From a virus (Duplodnaviria > Caudoviricetes), in the IMG/VR virus record IMGVR_UViG_3300030433_003105, positions 1 to 42,966 of that record: a DNA stretch of 42,966 nucleotides; one strand, given 5' to 3'. The notes beneath the pieces are model-generated. The model did not search any database. It worked only from the letters and a program-made list of their open reading frames with translations, and had not been told where the DNA came from. This document shows, in pieces, positions 38,205 to 42,966 of this stretch. The first letter of the stretch is position 1. Each line of letters begins with the position of its first letter. The position numbers and the translations under genes were made by a program.

Positions 38205-38546
38205 TTAGAGATTTGATGTTTCCAGAATACTTGATAAAAACTTAAGATCAGTAGCAGTGCTACCAACCAAAGTCAATGTGTCACCAGTTTCTACTACTAG
38301 TTTTCCTGGTAATAAGTTTGCGGTGTCATTTGCTGGGATTGCTAGATCTTTAACAATCTCAGTGTCGGTCCCGGTTCTACGATGACCGAAACTAATTGTC
38401 TGGGTTGATGACCCAACATTAGTTACTTGTGCCAGAAGGACAACACCTGTATAACCGACAGGTGCCGTGTAGATTCCAACTGTGCTTGTTCCAACTACAT
38501 TCGTAATAGTTTGGAATACATTTACTGCTGCTGCTGCAACTGCCAT
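38205..38546 (-). CDS. small beta-rich virion-associated protein
   Basis: 113 aa between fibre genes; IYTAP...IP.ND...GKLVVETGD pattern. Confidence 0.7.
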   Translation of the reverse strand: MAVAAAAVNVFQTITNVVGTSTVGIYTAPVGYTGVVLLAQVTNVGSSTQTISFGHRRTGTDTEIVKDLAIPANDTANLLPGKLVVETGDTLTLVGSTATDLKFLSSILETSNL

Positions 38547-38550
38547 TTGA

Positions 38551-40812
38551 TTAATCTCCTCCTAATGCAAGAATGAATGGTGTTACTTGTGTAAACAAAC
38601 TCTTAATGTATACGTTACCGGATACAGTTCCGGTTGATTGGTCGATCACAACACCATCACCAATCCTAAAGTTACCTCTTTGATCTGTGCTGGTATAATT
38701 AATTTTGCCTCCATCATCAGTAATCACTTCATTATCTGGAATAGAAATTCCACCTCTTGATGGATATGCACTTTCAATTGTATTTCCAGCACCAATATAT
38801 TGGAATGAATGCGAGCTTACAATTTGGAAACTTTGTCTAGCAAAATATACTGTAGATCCTGTGCCAACTTCATTATTTAGATTTTGAACCAGACTGATGG
38901 TAGTTATACCAGCAACTGGTGCAGTTGCCTCAAGAACGTCATAATAAATTGCTTCCATTTGTGCAGTTGCCGCAGCATTTGATCCACCACCACCAGTGAA
39001 AGTAATATTTGGTGGAGTTTCATCATACTGAGATCCTGCACTTCTAACGGTGACCACTGTAACGGCACCATTTTCAACTGTTGCCGTTGCCTGTGCAGGA
39101 ACGGCAATACCAGGACCATTTGGATCATCAATCGTTACAAAAGGAGGACTGGTGTAACCTGATCCACCATTCGTAACTATAATATCTTTAACAACATAAT
39201 ACTTACGATCAAAATATAATGCCTGTCCATCATAAGGACGATTATTTCCAACACCAGAAACAGTAACAATATTTTGACTTACAGCACCAGTGGTGCTTAT
39301 GGTTCCAGTATAACGATCAATACACTTAGAAGTTTGATCACCAATACCGTCAGCAACTAATCCTCTTGTTCCAAATGAAGAGTTGGAGTTAGTTAAATCA
39401 CATTGACCTCCACCACCTGCAAAGATTGCAGTGTCATTACATATGGTAAAAATAGAAACTAACTGACAATATGCACCGTTAGTCACCGAAACTCCGATAC
39501 CACCCTGATTAAACTGAGTATAAGAATCAACGTTAAATGAACCCTGAACACCTATTTCGTTTACTTTATCTCCTTCATCAGAATTAAATCCATCAATTCT
39601 AGCACCAATACTATCTTGAATAAAATTAGTGCAGTTTCTTACATAAGGACCTTTAGTAATAATACCAGTTCCTTGTGAAGGAATTGCATTTGGATCGGGT
39701 TGTCCAGCACCAGCATTACCGGGATAGGTTGTAGTAATACCTGCAGATGCAGGACCAACATCAATAATAGTAGTTACAATTCCGGCACAAGTAGTAACTG
39801 CAGAATTTACATTTGCACAATTACCTATATCATAGGATCCACCGTCTGCCTGAATACTTACATCTTTTACTTGAGTATTAGCAGATGCATAAAGTCCACC
39901 ACCAATCTTTTCAAATGAAATATTATTAATACAAGATCTAGCAATACCAATAGAATAATCAATTGCAGCAACAGTTGCATCCTTTACACTATATCCATTT
40001 GGATCAGTTCCGATGATATGTTGTAGTGCTCCACCACTATAATATGATTGACCAGCACCTACACACTTAGAATTACCACCTCTTGTGATGTCGTGGCAGA
40101 TTGCTCTGTAAATATCTTTGATGTCATCTCTACAATTTTGTGGATCTGTTGGAGTTCCACCGGCATCAACAACTTGGAAAGCGGGGTTTTTGTAATCTGT
40201 GCTTGTTAAATATCCTACTGCTTGATCTGCAATGAAATCTAAGTTCTGACGAATCAATCTTGCAGCATCAAAAAATCTATCTGATGCAACACCAACAAGT
40301 GGTCTATATGCAACAACTGCTGCTTGGTTGGTCATTGGACCACCAACAAAACTCAAGTCGGTGATGTGAGATCCTTGACTGACGTAGAATAAATCACTTC
40401 CAGTATTCTGAGGTGCTACCAGGCAACGACGAAGTTCTGTTCCTTCCACCGAAACATTGTCTGGAAGATCGATTGGATTGTCTTCAGTATAAGTTCCTGG
40501 AAATACTTTTACAGTATCACCAGGAGATGTTAATGCAACAGCAGATTTAATTGTTGCCTTTGCATTATTTTCATCCAATCCAGTGTTGTCATCATTACCG
40601 TTTTCAGAGACGAATAATGTTTTTCCAACAAAAGTTGTGCTACCCGCACCTACTTCTACAACTCTTGTTCCAATACCTACACCAGCTTGATCTTGCGTGA
40701 AGAAGATTTTACCATCATAAAAGTTTACAGCTAATTCACCTAACTGTAATTGATCTGTTGTTGGTTTTTTGCCAGCGACCGCTGACCTCTTTATCCTAAT
40801 CGGAGTGGCCAT
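38551..40812 (-). CDS. tail fibre/spike protein with probable beta-helix region
   Basis: N-terminal IRIKRS...P...L..GELAVN..DGKIF; FVS.NG.D.N.G...TIK.A...GDTV.V.PG.Y.E pectin-lyase-like start; NGGSGYT module. Confidence 0.7.
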   Translation of the reverse strand: MATPIRIKRSAVAGKKPTTDQLQLGELAVNFYDGKIFFTQDQAGVGIGTRVVEVGAGSTTFVGKTLFVSENGNDDNTGLDENNAKATIKSAVALTSPGDTVKVFPGTYTEDNPIDLPDNVSVEGTELRRCLVAPQNTGSDLFYVSQGSHITDLSFVGGPMTNQAAVVAYRPLVGVASDRFFDAARLIRQNLDFIADQAVGYLTSTDYKNPAFQVVDAGGTPTDPQNCRDDIKDIYRAICHDITRGGNSKCVGAGQSYYSGGALQHIIGTDPNGYSVKDATVAAIDYSIGIARSCINNISFEKIGGGLYASANTQVKDVSIQADGGSYDIGNCANVNSAVTTCAGIVTTIIDVGPASAGITTTYPGNAGAGQPDPNAIPSQGTGIITKGPYVRNCTNFIQDSIGARIDGFNSDEGDKVNEIGVQGSFNVDSYTQFNQGGIGVSVTNGAYCQLVSIFTICNDTAIFAGGGGQCDLTNSNSSFGTRGLVADGIGDQTSKCIDRYTGTISTTGAVSQNIVTVSGVGNNRPYDGQALYFDRKYYVVKDIIVTNGGSGYTSPPFVTIDDPNGPGIAVPAQATATVENGAVTVVTVRSAGSQYDETPPNITFTGGGGSNAAATAQMEAIYYDVLEATAPVAGITTISLVQNLNNEVGTGSTVYFARQSFQIVSSHSFQYIGAGNTIESAYPSRGGISIPDNEVITDDGGKINYTSTDQRGNFRIGDGVVIDQSTGTVSGNVYIKSLFTQVTPFILALGGD

Positions 40813-40867
40813 TTATTCTTCTATCGGTATGTACCGGTTCAGAACAGTATATACTGTCCTTTTCATT

Positions 40868-40875
40868 TATTTATA
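40868..40875 (-). promoter_or_regulatory. T4-type late promoter for the fibre operon
   Basis: TATAAATA about 55 nt upstream of ATG 40812. Confidence 0.75.
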
Positions 40876-40905
40876 AAAAACTCAAGACGCATTGTTGCGT
40901 CTTGA
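40875..40905 (-). terminator. rho-independent terminator overlapping the HNH stop
   Basis: Perfect 10-bp stem TCAAGACGCA/TGCGTCTTGA with a 4-nt loop, then G and a T run. Confidence 0.7.
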
Positions 40906-41253
40906 TCCATAACGATAAAGGTTTGCTACCGGTTCTGGTTCCATCCACTTCTGGATTCTTTCATAACGGTCAATATCAAAAAACTCCTGTGAAAGATACC
41001 AATCTTCCATAGGAGAATATGCTTTATCTTGATTGCATTTGTGGCAGGCACACAGACAGTTCTTGGTAAAATCTGTTCCACCCTTTGCTCTCGGAACGAT
41101 GTGGTCTATTGTGAGATTCTCATCAGATCCACAATAGGCACACTCCCAATCCCATTCTTCCTTTATCTTTTGCCTCCATAACCTTTTTGCTTCTGCGGAA
41201 CAAGTTGTGTAGAGGTTAAAGACATAGGCTTGAAAGGTATTGTAGAGAGGCAT
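40882..41253 (-). CDS. free-standing HNH endonuclease
   Basis: CAYCG, TIDHIVP..KGG, N...AC..CN..K. Confidence 0.9.
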   Translation of the reverse strand: MPLYNTFQAYVFNLYTTCSAEAKRLWRQKIKEEWDWECAYCGSDENLTIDHIVPRAKGGTDFTKNCLCACHKCNQDKAYSPMEDWYLSQEFFDIDRYERIQKWMEPEPVANLYRYGSRRNNAS

Positions 41254-41276
41254 AAGAGATTGCGTCTTACAATTAT

Positions 41277-41765
41277 TTAGATAAACCCACCCATGTCATA
41301 GATATACATTCTACCCATCATAATCCAATACGATGTGAACAGATCCTCAAAGTGTTCTGCAAAGAATCTAAACTTCTCATCAATGATTTCTCTACCAATC
41401 ACCTCAAAGTGTGCCTTAGAACAAGCAAAGAATTCTTCTAGTGCTTCCTCATCTCCTTGCTTGAATCCACGGATATAAAGGTCCCGTGCCGCATTCATAA
41501 TTTCATGACATTCTTTTGGTAGTGCAATCTCTGTCCCATCAGGTAGTGGCAAGACTTTACTTTTGATTGTGCCCATTGAGAGTTTCATACATTCTCTACT
41601 CTGCTCAACAGATAGTGCACGTTCATCACCATCTCTGAATGCGTGTTGCACACAACCATTGGTGCATTCCATCACACGAACAAGAGCAGTTGCATCAAGC
41701 ACCTCTTCAGTTTGCATACTCCACAGGTCTTTCCAATACTTATAATATTGCTTATTAACTTCCAT
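41277..41765 (-). CDS. hypothetical helical protein
   Basis: 162-aa ORF overlapping the purC stop; no motif recognised. Confidence 0.7.
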   Translation of the reverse strand: MEVNKQYYKYWKDLWSMQTEEVLDATALVRVMECTNGCVQHAFRDGDERALSVEQSRECMKLSMGTIKSKVLPLPDGTEIALPKECHEIMNAARDLYIRGFKQGDEEALEEFFACSKAHFEVIGREIIDEKFRFFAEHFEDLFTSYWIMMGRMYIYDMGGFI

Positions 41766-42462
41766 AATAATCTTTCAGTAGTTTTAATATTTCAGTATAC
41801 GATTTAATTATATCACCTTCACCCTTTCTGAACAAATCTTTATCCATACTTTCATTATCCACATTACGCAATCTACATCCATCAGGACTAATCTCATCAG
41901 CAACAACAACTGCACCATCAGCAGTTACACCAAATTCAATTTTAAAATCAACTAAAGTAATTCCAATCTTACGGAACATATCAGAAACAATTGCATTTAC
42001 TTCCTTGGCATATTGCTTATATTGACGAAGGTGTCTATATCCCATAATATACAATCTATCCTCAGTAAGAAGAGGATCATTTTTACTATCATCTTTTAGA
42101 TAAAATTCTATTAGAGGTGGATTGAATACAGTATCCTTTGGAATATTTGTCTGCCTTACAATAGAACCATCGGCAATATTTCTAACTACAACTTCAATTG
42201 GAATGATTTCAACCTTTTTACATCTCATCATTGCTGGTCCAGCATACTGGATGAAATGAGTTTTGATACCTGCTTTCTCCAGTTCTTTAAAGATAAGACA
42301 AGAAATCTCATTATTAATTTTACCCTTACCTTCAGGATGGTCTTCTTTCTCACCATTACCTGCGGTGACTTTATCATGATAGTGAATCAAGACTTGGTTT
42401 TTTTCCACACCCTGAATAACACTCTTTACTTTACCCCTTACAATCAATTCATTCGGTTTCAT
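41755..42462 (-). CDS. purC: SAICAR synthetase
   Basis: GKVK, IPIEVVVRNIA.GS, KDD...DP, LVDFKIEFG, ADEISPD.CR, DKDLFR. Confidence 0.95.
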   Translation of the reverse strand: MKPNELIVRGKVKSVIQGVEKNQVLIHYHDKVTAGNGEKEDHPEGKGKINNEISCLIFKELEKAGIKTHFIQYAGPAMMRCKKVEIIPIEVVVRNIADGSIVRQTNIPKDTVFNPPLIEFYLKDDSKNDPLLTEDRLYIMGYRHLRQYKQYAKEVNAIVSDMFRKIGITLVDFKIEFGVTADGAVVVADEISPDGCRLRNVDNESMDKDLFRKGEGDIIKSYTEILKLLKDYYGS

Positions 42463-42487
42463 AAAAAAAGAGGGTCTTCTGACCCTC
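42463..42487 (-). terminator. rho-independent terminator of the psbD transcript
   Basis: GAGGGTC-AGAA-GACCCTC followed by T7. Confidence 0.85.
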
Positions 42488-42516
42488 AGTATATCATCTT
42501 TAATTATTCTTGTAAA
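42488..42516 (-). promoter_or_regulatory. sigma70-type promoter for purC
   Basis: TTTACA-17 nt-TATACT with TG extension. Confidence 0.6.
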
Positions 42517-42709
42517 GATCCTCTAGTTTATCTCTAGAAAGATCCACATACATTACTTCATCACCGGGAGCAGGTGCTTCTGGGTGACGTGGTTTTGGTT
42601 GATCCATGACCCTATTGATGTCACGAATGTTAGACCACATCAAAGCAAATGCACCTCCTGCAATGAGAGAAAAACATACACCGTAAACAAAAACAAGATA
42701 GTGGTTCAC
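42500..42709 (-). CDS. small membrane protein (DUF2973-like)
   Basis: GTG start overlapping the psbD stop; TM helix then RHPE motif. Confidence 0.65.
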   Translation of the reverse strand: MNHYLVFVYGVCFSLIAGGAFALMWSNIRDINRVMDQPKPRHPEAPAPGDEVMYVDLSRDKLEDLYKNN

Positions 42710-42966
42710 AGTGCATTACCACGAGGAAGAACTTCTTCAGGGAACACAAACTGTTCGTGTGGTTGGTCAACTGGTGCTAACCATGCACGAAGACCTTCAT
42801 TCAAGAGAATATTCTTGGTGTAGAAGGTTTCAAACTCTGGATCTTCTGATGCTCTGATCTCTTGGGAAACAAAGTCATAAGCACGAAGGTTGAGAGCAAG
42901 ACCAATAATACCGATGGAACTTGTCCAAAGACCCATAACAGGAACAAACAGCATAAAGAAATGCAA
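42706..42966 (-). CDS. psbD: photosystem II D2 protein, 3' part (truncated by the window edge)
   Basis: [57 protein letters not shown]. Confidence 0.98.
   Translation of the reverse strand: MHFFMLFVPVMGLWTSSIGIIGLALNLRAYDFVSQEIRASEDPEFETFYTKNILLNEGLRAWLAPVDQPHEQFVFPEEVLPRGNAL

Noticed and set aside
15598-40812. Diversity-generating retroelement acting on fibres or propellers
   Set aside because: No reverse transcriptase in the window, and no template/variable repeat pair differing only at adenines was seen
1-42966. tRNA genes or self-splicing introns
   Set aside because: No cloverleaf with a T-loop consensus in the few intergenic gaps, and no interrupted conserved gene; the visible part of psbD is continuous

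Overview
Minus-strand-coded segment of a T4-like marine cyanophage (cyanomyovirus). Transcription order runs from 42966 down to 1: the 3' end of psbD, a small membrane ORF, purC, an ORFan and a free-standing HNH gene. Next comes a ~35 kb accessory island (about 40.8 kb to 5.9 kb) with three tail-fibre/virion genes, two giant multi-propeller Kelch-like repeat proteins and a Gly-rich virion protein. These alternate with cassettes of tailoring enzymes: seven 2OG-Fe(II) oxygenase-fold genes, two glycosyltransferases, a sulfotransferase, two NodU/CmcH carbamoyltransferases, a flavin-dependent halogenase-like protein and a SAM methyltransferase. The core block follows: glutaredoxin, conserved small ORFs, thyX, phoH, exonuclease, gp33, gp59 and DUF1825. 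The most striking non-obvious element is at 3719-4335, a compact putative nitrogen-sensing unit missed by the ORF track. It consists of an NtcA-type box, a near-consensus sigma70 promoter, a double glutamine-riboswitch-like RNA whose second P2 stem encloses most of a 56-codon ORF, a DUF4278-like peptide, a 30-aa hydrophobic peptide and a terminator. All family calls come from motif recognition by eye; no searches were run.
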